The notes under the pieces: model-generated
Seen by the model: the letters and a program-made list of their open reading frames with translations, nothing else
What the model was told of the DNA's origin: nothing
The model's database searches: none
Translations under genes and position numbers: made by a program
Origin: Amylibacter sp.
GTDB lineage: Bacteria; Pseudomonadota; Alphaproteobacteria; Rhodobacterales; Rhodobacteraceae
Direction: 5' to 3'
NCBI GenBank assembly: GCA_965237555.1
Contig: OZ250147.1
Coordinates: 1,540,331-1,604,330 of the forward strand
DNA length: 64,000 nt
Shown: positions 52,148 through 60,915 of the stretch, in pieces
How positions within the stretch are numbered: the stretch's first letter is position 1
Layout: every line of letters begins with the position of its first letter

Positions 52148-52203
52148 TGGAGCGGGTAACGGGAATTGAACCCGTAACTTAAGCTTGGGAAGCTCGCGTT
52201 ATA
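52148..52203 (-). pseudogene. 3' fragment of tRNA-Gly(CCC)
   Basis: Minus strand ...GCGAGCTT-CCC-AAGCTT AAGTT ACGGG-TTCAATT-CCCGT TACCCGCT-CCA has anticodon arm, T arm, 3' acceptor strand and CCA, but no complementary 5' GCGGGTA or D arm upstream. Confidence 0.85.
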
Positions 52204-52350
52204 GGTTTGAGTCCTGCCGAGCCGACCAACCCAACGCCATCCCACCTGTTTAACGGTTTCCGTGGCGCGGTAAAATTCTACGACATCAATTGGACCCTAT
52301 CCCCCCGGCGCGCGCGCGGGCTACGAAACTACCTAGGTACCCGATCGAAG

Positions 52351-52614
52351 CTACAATCCGAATTTTCGGGTGTCGAATCTCGTGGGCGGGTATTGCCGCG
52401 ACTTGACGTAAACACAGCTGCGGTATTGGTCTTGCACAATATGGGGCGGCGGCCGATCCCCTTCACGCCCAAAACTCGTAGTGGCCGTTTTGGTGGCCCG
52501 TTTGGTGCAAATATCTATGGCTTCTTCAAGCGAAAGGATACTTCGGCTGCTCGCGTAATTTGGTGCCCCTAACGTAAAGGAGGCAATAAGAGTTACAACA
52601 AATCCCGTTTTCAT
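52351..52614 (-). CDS. Small secreted two-cysteine protein
   Basis: AAAGGA RBS, signal-like N-terminus, and C...QDQYRSCV. Confidence 0.6.
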   Translation of the reverse strand: MKTGFVVTLIASFTLGAPNYASSRSILSLEEAIDICTKRATKTATTSFGREGDRPPPHIVQDQYRSCVYVKSRQYPPTRFDTRKFGL

Positions 52615-53522
52615 GCGCGAATCCTTTGATTATGCGATTGCGGCAGCCCTTGGAGCTGCCCGCGCAACTGATTCAAACCGGGCTCAGTCCGGCCTTAGTG
52701 ATACATATAAGTTCATCATGGTGTTCGGCAATAACCAGAACGGTTTCCACTGGATCCGCACTAGGACTCAGTACCACCGAATCTGCAACGATGCTGCTTT
52801 TTCTAATAGGCATGGCAAAGAATGGCTAGACGATGGTTGGCTTGCAACGTAGTCGGTCTTCTCGCTCTGTTTTTCCCGTCGACAGCCACGCGTCTGATGG
52901 TCAGGAATATTTGTCACCGAGCCTCGCTCAATCGGCGTCTAGAAAACTTGGGTGATCCACATTCGAGCATAACGCGAACATTACGATTTTTGGGTCTCTA
53001 AGTGTAATCCCGATTCATGCTCTGGCCCTCCAACATACCCTCTGACTAACGCAGTGATCTGGAAGACGTTCCCTCAATGCGTGTTAGCGGTGCGCCTGAA
53101 ATATGGGGTGTTGTAAAGGAATGACTGGAAAGCAGGAGTCTTGCCCCTCAACTAGCCATAAGAGCTATGACTGCTGGCCAAGGGTTGCAATCTTTAGGGC
53201 CAGAACTTGGGCAAGACAATGATAAATGAGGGGTATTGTTGTAGGCGGTAGTAGACGCTTGAATTCCCCAGTCTTGCTAGGTCAGTTCTGCGCACGAAAC
53301 AGCCGTTCGCTGCCTCGTCTCCAACGGCAGCTTCCGGCAGTTTGGCGCCGGTGTCAGCCACGAAATTCTTTCACTTGCTGGATTTCGACGCTCCGGCGCG
53401 AAGCATGCCGCAATGAAATCTTGATGAACCTGGATGCGCCCGTGAAAATTCGTCGCCGCCTCAGCAAGTTTAATACTCTGTGGCGGCTTTCCAGCCAGCG
53501 ACAAGTCTCGTACGTTTCCAAC

Positions 53523-54170
53523 ATGAAAGAAATCCGATCGATCATATTCGACCTCGACGGAACATTGGTTCACAGTGCGCCCGACTTGCATGCAGCCGTC
53601 AACGTGGTGTTGGCCGGACTTGGCCGCGAGCCTTTGGAATTACATCGTGTAATTTCCTTCATCGGAAACGGAGTTGAAAAACTGGTTGAGCGAAGTTTGG
53701 CCGCCACCGGAGAAGTAAATGCAGATCTGTTGGTCAGTTCATTGTCTCGATTTAGGAGAAATTACAAAAAGAACATGACGAGGCTTACCCGTCCATACCC
53801 AGGTGTAGTGGAGTGCTTGGGCAGGCTCAGGTCGGAAGGCGCCAAACTTGGAGTTTGCACCAATAAACCCACAGAACCCGCGAGAGCCATCTGCGATCAG
53901 CTTGGCCTTGCACAGTATATTGACGTCATAGTGGGAGCCGAACGTGGTAAACCCAAAAAACCCGACGCTGCGCCGCTTTTGTCGTGCGTTTCTGCCTTGG
54001 GTGGCAGTAAATCGAAGGTAATGTACGTGGGCGACAGCGAAATTGACTATCAAACAGCATTAAACGCCTACATCCCTTTCCGCCTATATTTGGGTGGTTA
54101 CCTCAGGACTGCACTGCCCGACCTCGGTCCGTCGGACCGATTTGACGACTGGCACGAGTGTGGGATTTGA
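53523..54170 (+). CDS. gph: Phosphoglycolate phosphatase-like HAD hydrolase
   Basis: IIFDLDGTLVHSAPDL, FIGNG, CTNKP, KKPDAAP and YVGDSEID motifs. Confidence 0.85.
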   Translation: MKEIRSIIFDLDGTLVHSAPDLHAAVNVVLAGLGREPLELHRVISFIGNGVEKLVERSLAATGEVNADLLVSSLSRFRRNYKKNMTRLTRPYPGVVECLGRLRSEGAKLGVCTNKPTEPARAICDQLGLAQYIDVIVGAERGKPKKPDAAPLLSCVSALGGSKSKVMYVGDSEIDYQTALNAYIPFRLYLGGYLRTALPDLGPSDRFDDWHECGI

Positions 54171-54248
54171 AACCAACTCTGAACGTGGGACAATAATCCT
54201 TGCGAATTTTGTCTGTGCTAGTAGCGTGTGTAGATGGGAGGAAATCCA

Positions 54249-55223
54249 ATGAAGAAAACAACATACATTCTCGTGGGCGCTCTGCTGGCGTTTGGTTGGG
54301 CTCTAACAGGAGCTGCTGTTGCACAAAATTGTCCGCGTGGTACGCTGGACGACCGATTTTGCGATGCAGACGGCGATCTGATTGCGGATATTCCAACGGA
54401 TGCAAGTGAACTTGTTGATCCAGATACGCTGATATTCACCTATACGCCGGTTGAAGACCCGGCTGTTTACGTTTCGGTCTGGGCCGGTTTCATGGACCAT
54501 CTGGCGGATGTTACCGGCAAAAAGGTCCAGTTTTTTCCGGTTCAATCGAATGCGGCACAAATCGAAGCCATGCGCTCCGGTCGTCTGCACATTGCAGGAT
54601 TCAACACCGGTTCAAATCCTCTGGCGGTCAACTGCGCAGGTTTCCGCCCCTTCACCATCATGGCGTCGCTTGACGGTCATTTTGGTTACGAGATGGAAAT
54701 CCTGACCTATCCGGGTTCAGGTATTGAAACGGTCGAAGATATTAGGGGCAAGCAACTTGCCTTTACGGCACCCACGTCGAACTCTGGCTTCAAAGCGCCC
54801 AGCGCGATTTTGAAGGGTGATTTTGACATGTTGCCTGACCGCGACTTTGAGCCGGTGTTCTCTGGCAAACATGACAATTCAATCTTGGGTGTTGCCAACA
54901 AAGACTATATGGCCGCCTCGATCGCCAACTCAGTTAAATCTCGGATGATCAAGCGTGGTGTCATCAAGGCAGGAGATGTGATTACAATCTATAAATCACA
55001 GACCTTCCCGACCACCGGATTTGGCACGGTCTACAATTTGACACCAGAGCTACACGATAAGATTCAGGAAGCGTTTTTCAGCTTTGAATGGGATGGTAGT
55101 GCACTGAAGGAAGAGTTTGAGAAATCAAACGAAGGCCAGTTCCTGAAAATGAACTATAAAGACTTTTGGGACGTGATCCGCAAGATCGATACGGCAAACG
55201 GCGTTTCTTACAGCTGTAGCTGA
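54249..55223 (+). CDS. phnD: Phosphate/phosphite/phosphonate ABC transporter substrate-binding protein (PhnD-like)
   Basis: Signal peptide, PVEDPAVY, IEAMRSG, PTSNSGFKAP and GKHDNS motifs. Confidence 0.85.
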   Translation: MKKTTYILVGALLAFGWALTGAAVAQNCPRGTLDDRFCDADGDLIADIPTDASELVDPDTLIFTYTPVEDPAVYVSVWAGFMDHLADVTGKKVQFFPVQSNAAQIEAMRSGRLHIAGFNTGSNPLAVNCAGFRPFTIMASLDGHFGYEMEILTYPGSGIETVEDIRGKQLAFTAPTSNSGFKAPSAILKGDFDMLPDRDFEPVFSGKHDNSILGVANKDYMAASIANSVKSRMIKRGVIKAGDVITIYKSQTFPTTGFGTVYNLTPELHDKIQEAFFSFEWDGSALKEEFEKSNEGQFLKMNYKDFWDVIRKIDTANGVSYSCS

Positions 55224-55297
55224 TCTGACCAAAGATATGGTTATGCGCCCCAAAAACATTGGGGCGCATAGCTTTTTATGGGGCTGTGGGGCAAAAA

Positions 55298-56089
55298 ATG
55301 CTGCTACTGGAAAATCTTACAAAGGTCTACAAAACCGGTGACAAAGCGCTGAATGCCGTTGATCTTGAAGTTCCAAAGGGACAGGTGATGGCGCTGATTG
55401 GGCCGTCAGGCGCAGGCAAGTCAACCTTGATCCGTTGCATCAACCGGCTGGTCGAACCCACGTCAGGCAAAGTGTTTCTGGACGATTTGGAAGTAACCAA
55501 GCTTGGCCTTGGAAGCTTGAGAAAACAACGTCGGCGCATGGGCATGATCTTTCAGGAATACGCGCTGGTCGAGCGGCTAACAGTCATGGAAAACGTCTTG
55601 TCGGGCCGATTGGGATATGTCGGGTTCTGGCGCAGCTTCCTGCGCAGGTTTCCACAAAGTGACGTGGACGAAGCGTTTCGCCTGCTGGACCGAGTGGGCC
55701 TGTTAGAAATGGCCGACAAACGCGCCGACGAGTTGTCCGGAGGGCAGCGCCAGCGGGTTGGCATCTGTCGGGCATTGATTCAAAATCCGGCGGTGCTGTT
55801 AGTCGATGAACCTACAGCTTCGCTTGACCCCAAAACCAGCCGCCAGATCATGCGCTTGATTGTCGAGCTTTGCGAAGAACGCGAGCTGGCGGCGATTGTG
55901 AACATTCACGATGTGGCGCTGGCGCAGATGTTTGTTCAGCGCATCGTTGGACTTGATCAGGGTACGGTGGTTTTCGACGGTGCGCCAAAAGATTTGACCG
56001 AGGACGTATTAACCGAAATTTACGGCAAAGAGGATTGGTCGGAGACGATCCAGAAAGTCGAAGACGATGCTGAAGAAGACGCTGCGTAA
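55298..56089 (+). CDS. phnC: PhnC-like ABC transporter ATP-binding protein
   Basis: [24 protein letters not shown] and DEPTASLDP motifs. Confidence 0.9.
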   Translation: MLLLENLTKVYKTGDKALNAVDLEVPKGQVMALIGPSGAGKSTLIRCINRLVEPTSGKVFLDDLEVTKLGLGSLRKQRRRMGMIFQEYALVERLTVMENVLSGRLGYVGFWRSFLRRFPQSDVDEAFRLLDRVGLLEMADKRADELSGGQRQRVGICRALIQNPAVLLVDEPTASLDPKTSRQIMRLIVELCEERELAAIVNIHDVALAQMFVQRIVGLDQGTVVFDGAPKDLTEDVLTEIYGKEDWSETIQKVEDDAEEDAA

Positions 56090-56901
56090 TGAGCCGCATG
56101 CTTGACACGCGTATTGGTCGGCGCTGGAAAAAACCTCCATTCGTTACATCCGCGGCGTTGCGTTGGACACTGATCATCGGGTCGATGGTTTACCTGATCC
56201 TCGCGCTGAACTCGATCGACGTGAATTGGACCCGGGTCGCGCGTGGGCTGGAACGGGGACAGGCATTTATCTTCGCGTTCGGACATCCAGACTTTTTGTC
56301 GCGCGCCACTGATATTCGCATGGGTCTGACGGAAAGCGCTGTGATGACGCTGGCCTCTACGGTTGTCGGCATTGCCATATCCATTCCAATTGGCCTAGGT
56401 GCTGCGCGCAATATTTCCATTCTGCCGGTCTATCTGGTGTGCCGTTCCATTGTTGCCGTGTCCCGCGCGCTGAACGAGATTGTGGTTGCAATTCTGTTGG
56501 TCGCCATTTTTGGATTTGGGCCCCTGGCCGGGTTTATCACGCTGAGTTTTGCCACCATCGGGTTTCTGTCCAAACTGTTGGCCGAGGAAATCGAGGATAT
56601 GGACAAAGTGCAGGCCGAGGCCGTGCGAGCCACCGGTGGCACGTGGTTGCAACGCTATGTGTATGGCATCCACCCCCAGGTGGTGCCACGCTTGATCGGT
56701 CTGTCCATGTACCGGCTGGACATCAATTTCCGCGAAAGCGCGGTGCTGGGGATTGTGGGAGCCGGCGGGATTGGTGCGACGCTGAACACCGCGTTTGACC
56801 GGTACGAGTTTGACACGGCGGCGGCGATATTGCTGGTAATTATCGGCGCTGTGATGGTGTTGGAGTATCTGTCGGGCATCATCAGGGCGAAAGTGCAGTA
56901 A
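56089..56901 (+). CDS. phnE: PhnE/PtxC-like ABC permease
   Basis: KLLAEEIE, AVRATG and RLDINFRESAVLGIVGAGGIG motifs. Confidence 0.9.
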   Translation: MSRMLDTRIGRRWKKPPFVTSAALRWTLIIGSMVYLILALNSIDVNWTRVARGLERGQAFIFAFGHPDFLSRATDIRMGLTESAVMTLASTVVGIAISIPIGLGAARNISILPVYLVCRSIVAVSRALNEIVVAILLVAIFGFGPLAGFITLSFATIGFLSKLLAEEIEDMDKVQAEAVRATGGTWLQRYVYGIHPQVVPRLIGLSMYRLDINFRESAVLGIVGAGGIGATLNTAFDRYEFDTAAAILLVIIGAVMVLEYLSGIIRAKVQ

Positions 56902-57716
56902 TGGCGATATCAAGCAAAGACGGCGTAAAAATCTGGCAGCGGCGGGACCGGAATTCGCAGTTGAAAACCTGGGCGATGTGGCTGGTTGGCACCGCCATTT
57001 TCATGTGGAGCTGGACGCAGATTTCAGAAGTAACCACCTGGGCGTTTTTTTGGGACGCACCGCGCATTGCCGCCGACATCGGTGGACGCGCGGTTCCGCC
57101 GCGCTGGGCTTATATAGATAAGCTGTGGAAGCCTCTGTGGGACACGTTGAACATTGCCACGTTAGGCACGATTGCGGCTTTGATCATGGCCGTACCGGTG
57201 GCGTTTCTGGCGGCGCGAAACACCACGCCGTCGGCCCTGTTTATCCGGCCCATCGCTTTGTTGATTATTGTATCCAGCCGCTCGATCAACTCGCTGATCT
57301 GGGCGTTGTTATTGGTTAAAATAGTTGGACCCGGCGTGTTTGCTGGGCTGATTGCTATTTCCATCCGCTCTATCGGATTCTGCGCTAAGCTGCTCTATGA
57401 AGCGATTGAAGAAATCGATGAAAATCAGGTCGAAGCAATCACCGCAACTGGCGCGTCCCGTTGGCAAGTCATGGCCTACGGCATCGTGCCGCAAATCATG
57501 CCAGCATTTGCTGGCATCGCGGTATTTCGCTGGGACATCAACTTGCGCGAATCCACTGTGCTCGGATTAGTGGGCGCCGGCGGCATTGGGCTGCAATTGC
57601 AAGGCTCGCTCAATACGCTGGCCTGGCCGCAGGTCAGTCTGATCCTGATCATTATTTTGCTTGCGGTGATTGTGAGCGAATGGGTGTCAGCCAAAGTACG
57701 TGGAGCCATTATTTGA
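56901..57716 (+). CDS. phnE: PhnE/PtxC-like ABC permease (second)
   Basis: KLLYEAIEE, AITATGA and RWDINLRESTVLGLVGAGGIG motifs. Confidence 0.9.
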   Translation: MAISSKDGVKIWQRRDRNSQLKTWAMWLVGTAIFMWSWTQISEVTTWAFFWDAPRIAADIGGRAVPPRWAYIDKLWKPLWDTLNIATLGTIAALIMAVPVAFLAARNTTPSALFIRPIALLIIVSSRSINSLIWALLLVKIVGPGVFAGLIAISIRSIGFCAKLLYEAIEEIDENQVEAITATGASRWQVMAYGIVPQIMPAFAGIAVFRWDINLRESTVLGLVGAGGIGLQLQGSLNTLAWPQVSLILIIILLAVIVSEWVSAKVRGAII

Positions 57717-58606
57717 ATGTTCATACTGCATTCGAGGCCTACGAATCTGTTCGCCATCGACTGCCATCAATCCAGCGATCTGCAGCTTGCCAAACAGTAG
57801 ATAATTTAGGCGTGATTTCGCATCTCTTCGATGCATTTCTTTTAGACGCTTTTGGTGTATTGAACCTAGGAGAAACCGCAATACCCGGTGCCCCCGAGAG
57901 AGTGGCGGGACTACAGCGCCAAGGTAAACGCGTTCTCGTTGTCTCAAACGCGGCAAGCCTCCCGCGATCTGACCTACGAAGAAAATACGCCCAACTGGGA
58001 TTTGATTTTGCGCCAGAGGATGTAGTTACCAGCCGAATGGCCACGCTGGAGGCACTGAGATTCGAACCAGAGCGACATTGGGGTCTAATGCTTCCCAATG
58101 ATGTCGGCCACCACGATATCGACCACATTAATTTCTCCTACCTGGCGGATGATCCGGCTCTTTACGATGACGTTGAAGGTATTCTATTGCTCGGGAGCGG
58201 CGCGTGGAACGAGGACCGGCAGGTACTCCTGGAAAACGCACTCCAGCGAAATCCACGCCCGGTTTTGGTAGGAAATCCCGACATAGTTGCTCCCCGCGAG
58301 TACGGATTTTCGATCGAACCGGGATATTATGCCCATAGGCTTGCAGATCGCACAGGGATCGAACCAACCTTTTTCGGAAAGCCGTTTCTAAACGTATTTG
58401 AACTTGCACGCGTCAGAACGTCCGGTGCTGATCCGGCCCGCATCCTAATGGTCGGCGACAGCTTGCACACTGACATTCTCGGAGGGCAGGCAGCTGGGCT
58501 AAAGACTGCGTTGATTACTGAATTCGGATTCTTTGGCGGCCTGAGTCCGATTGGTCCGATCCGAACATCGGGAATTCAACCCGATTATTTACTGAGGCGC
58601 CCCTAA
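57713..58606 (+). CDS. HAD-IIA family hydrolase
   Basis: TTG start overlapping the phnE stop (TTGA); LLDAFGVL, VSNAAS, GNPDIVAP, FGKP and VGDSLHTDILG motifs. Confidence 0.88.
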   Translation: MNVHTAFEAYESVRHRLPSIQRSAACQTVDNLGVISHLFDAFLLDAFGVLNLGETAIPGAPERVAGLQRQGKRVLVVSNAASLPRSDLRRKYAQLGFDFAPEDVVTSRMATLEALRFEPERHWGLMLPNDVGHHDIDHINFSYLADDPALYDDVEGILLLGSGAWNEDRQVLLENALQRNPRPVLVGNPDIVAPREYGFSIEPGYYAHRLADRTGIEPTFFGKPFLNVFELARVRTSGADPARILMVGDSLHTDILGGQAAGLKTALITEFGFFGGLSPIGPIRTSGIQPDYLLRRP

Positions 58607-58698
58607 TACGGCGGTTCTGTCGCCGATACATCCGCCCGCACAGACTTTTCTGAGCTTTCGGTTTCTTAGGTTTTGGTTTGCCGGGTGACCGGTATTTG

Positions 58699-58815
58699 CT
58701 AGAGCGATTCTGGTTTGGTTTGAATCACAAACGAAACGAGAAACGCAGCGATGCCAGACACTTAAAGCGGCGTTTCGGGTTCAATCTGGTTCAGACTGAA
58801 CCTGAAACGCTTTAA
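58699..58815. repeat. Two-hairpin intergenic repeat, copy 3 (inverted relative to copy 2)
   Basis: CTAGAGCG...TTCTGGTTTGGTTTG-AATCA-CAAACGAAACGAGAA...GCGTTTCGGGTTCAATCTG-GTT-CAGACTGAACCTGAAACGC-TTTAA; 89/117 identities to 26358-26474 by hand count. Confidence 0.9.
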
Positions 58816-58824
58816 TGCGATAGG

Positions 58825-59088
58825 TTACCGCATCGCTGACAGGTTTGAAATCAACACCGACCGGACTTTTCGGATTTCCTCCGCTACATAATCGCCCTTT
58901 TTCTCATCGTCTGCATGGCATTGGTGAGCGACTGCGGCGCAACGTTCGCGTTCGGCTATCAGGGCACGGATGATCGCGTGTTCCACTGCATCTGCCACTT
59001 CTTTCGGGTGGTCGTCTTCTGAAACCCCAAGAATTTGTTGCACCTCTTTTGCAGCAATTTCAGCGCGTTCCCTCAAGTTTTTTGTCAT
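58825..59088 (-). CDS. Small helical hypothetical protein
   Basis: GAGGGA RBS; protein-like composition with ERERCA motif. Confidence 0.75.
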   Translation of the reverse strand: MTKNLRERAEIAAKEVQQILGVSEDDHPKEVADAVEHAIIRALIAERERCAAVAHQCHADDEKKGDYVAEEIRKVRSVLISNLSAMR

Positions 59089-59476
59089 TTTCCGTCCCTC
59101 ATAATGTTAGTGTTCATTCCCAATTTCTGGGATTCTAACAAAGTTCAGGCCTTTGAAAAAGCGCAAATGGCAGTTGGCAGGACGAAAGTCGTTCCCGCTG
59201 ACCGTGGCGAACCAAGTCACAACAACAACTCAGAAGTCGGGTGTTTGTATATCTCACGGCAATCCGCTGGCTGCCTGACGGGAACAGCGTGCCGAGTTGA
59301 GAGTTCGCACAAAGGCAATTACGCGTTTGGTTTATTGTTTGGCACCATACCGCTTTCGGTCCATTCCAGCGCGGTTTTCCCCTTGCAAGGCTGGCGGGCT
59401 GGCCCTAGAAGAACCACTGATTTTGCTGCGACCCGCCGCGCCCATCCGTGCGGCCATGACACACGAAGGATACCCG

Positions 59477-60808
59477 ATGCAGGTAACTGAAACGCTCAAC
59501 GAAGGCCTGAAACGCGGTTATGCGATCACCGTATCTGCCACCGAACTGGCCGATAAGGTTAATTCCAAACTGGCTGAAGCGCAGCCGGACGTGGAAATGA
59601 AAGGATTTCGCAAAGGCAAGGTGCCGATGGCGCTGCTGAAAAAGCAGTTTGGCAAGTCAGTGCTCGGCGAGGCGATGCAGGAAAGTATCGACGGTGCGAT
59701 GAGCGACCACTTTGAATCATCGGGCGACCGGCCTGCGATGCAGCCCGATGTTAAAATGACAAACGAAGAATGGAAAGAGGGTGACGACGTTGAAGTTTCG
59801 TTGAATTACGAATGCTTGCCAACCGTTCCTGAAGCAGATTTTTCGAAACTGAAAATTGAAAAGCTGGTTGCAAAAGCCGAAGACGGCGATGTGGATGAAG
59901 CACTTACCAATCTGGCCGGTTCCGCCCAGAACTTTGAAGACCGCAAGAAAGGTTCCAAAGCAAAAGACGGCGATCAACTGGTGATCAATTTCCTGGGCAA
60001 GGTGAATGGCGAAGCTTTTGAAGGTGGCACGGCTGATGACTATCCGCTGGTGCTGGGCTCAAACAGCTTTATTCCCGGGTTTGAAGAACAGTTGGTTGGC
60101 TCCAAGGTTGGGGACGACGCGGAAGTGACCGTTACTTTCCCGCTGGACTATCAAGTCGAGCATTTGGCCGGAAATGAAGCGGTATTTGCCTGTACAGTGA
60201 ATGCCGTAAAAGCACCGGTACCTGCAGAAATTGACGATGAACTGGCGAAAAAATTCGGCTCTGAGAGCCTTGACGACCTGAAAACCCAGATCTCCGAACG
60301 ACTGGGCCAGGAATATGCCGGTGCCGCGCGTATGGTGATGAAGCGTAGGTTGATGGACGAACTGGACAAGCTGGTAAACTTTGACCTACCGCCGTCGCTG
60401 GTCGAACAGGAAGCCAATTCCATCGCGCATCAACTGTGGCACGAAGAAAACCCGGACGTTCAGGGCCATGATCACCCGGAAATTGAACCAACAGACGAAC
60501 ACAACGCGCTGGCGGAACGCCGGGTACGATTGGGCTTGTTGCTGGCCGAAGTTGGCCAAATTCAGGAGATTTCTGTCACCGATGCTGAAATGCAGCAGGC
60601 TGTGATGCAGCGGGCGCAGCAGTATCCGGGACAGGAGCGTGAGTACTTTGAGTTCCTGCAGTCCAACGAGCAGATGCAACAGCAAGTGCGGGCGCCGATC
60701 TTTGAAGACAAGGTTATCGACTATATTGTTGAACTGGCTGATGTGACCGACAAAGAAGTGTCCAAAGAAGACTTGCAGAAAGCCGTTGATGCGCTGGAAG
60801 AAGACTGA
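59477..60808 (+). CDS. tig: Trigger factor
   Basis: [21 protein letters not shown] ribosome-binding motif, and FKBP domain ([13 protein letters not shown]). Confidence 0.98.
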   Translation: MQVTETLNEGLKRGYAITVSATELADKVNSKLAEAQPDVEMKGFRKGKVPMALLKKQFGKSVLGEAMQESIDGAMSDHFESSGDRPAMQPDVKMTNEEWKEGDDVEVSLNYECLPTVPEADFSKLKIEKLVAKAEDGDVDEALTNLAGSAQNFEDRKKGSKAKDGDQLVINFLGKVNGEAFEGGTADDYPLVLGSNSFIPGFEEQLVGSKVGDDAEVTVTFPLDYQVEHLAGNEAVFACTVNAVKAPVPAEIDDELAKKFGSESLDDLKTQISERLGQEYAGAARMVMKRRLMDELDKLVNFDLPPSLVEQEANSIAHQLWHEENPDVQGHDHPEIEPTDEHNALAERRVRLGLLLAEVGQIQEISVTDAEMQQAVMQRAQQYPGQEREYFEFLQSNEQMQQQVRAPIFEDKVIDYIVELADVTDKEVSKEDLQKAVDALEED

Positions 60809-60831
60809 GTATCATCATTTGAGATTTTGCG

Positions 60832-60857
60832 AGGGCGCCCTTTTTGGCGCCCTTTGT
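60832..60857 (+). terminator. Terminator after tig
   Basis: AGGGCGCC-CTTTTT-GGCGCCCT followed by TTGTT. Confidence 0.75.
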
Positions 60858-60915
60858 TGCTTTGGACCAAGAAAAATGGTATTCACTCGCCGTTTAGATA
60901 TGGCGGAAAATTATT

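Noticed and set aside
52148-52221. Intact tRNA-Gly(CCC)
   Set aside because: The sequence where the 5' acceptor strand and D arm should be (TCGGCAGGACTCAAACC) cannot pair with TACCCGC.
53226-53522. 99-aa N-terminal extension of gph, or a DeoR/WYL regulator remnant upstream
   Set aside because: The HAD motif I starts right after ATG 53523, and upstream frames show no convincing HTH.
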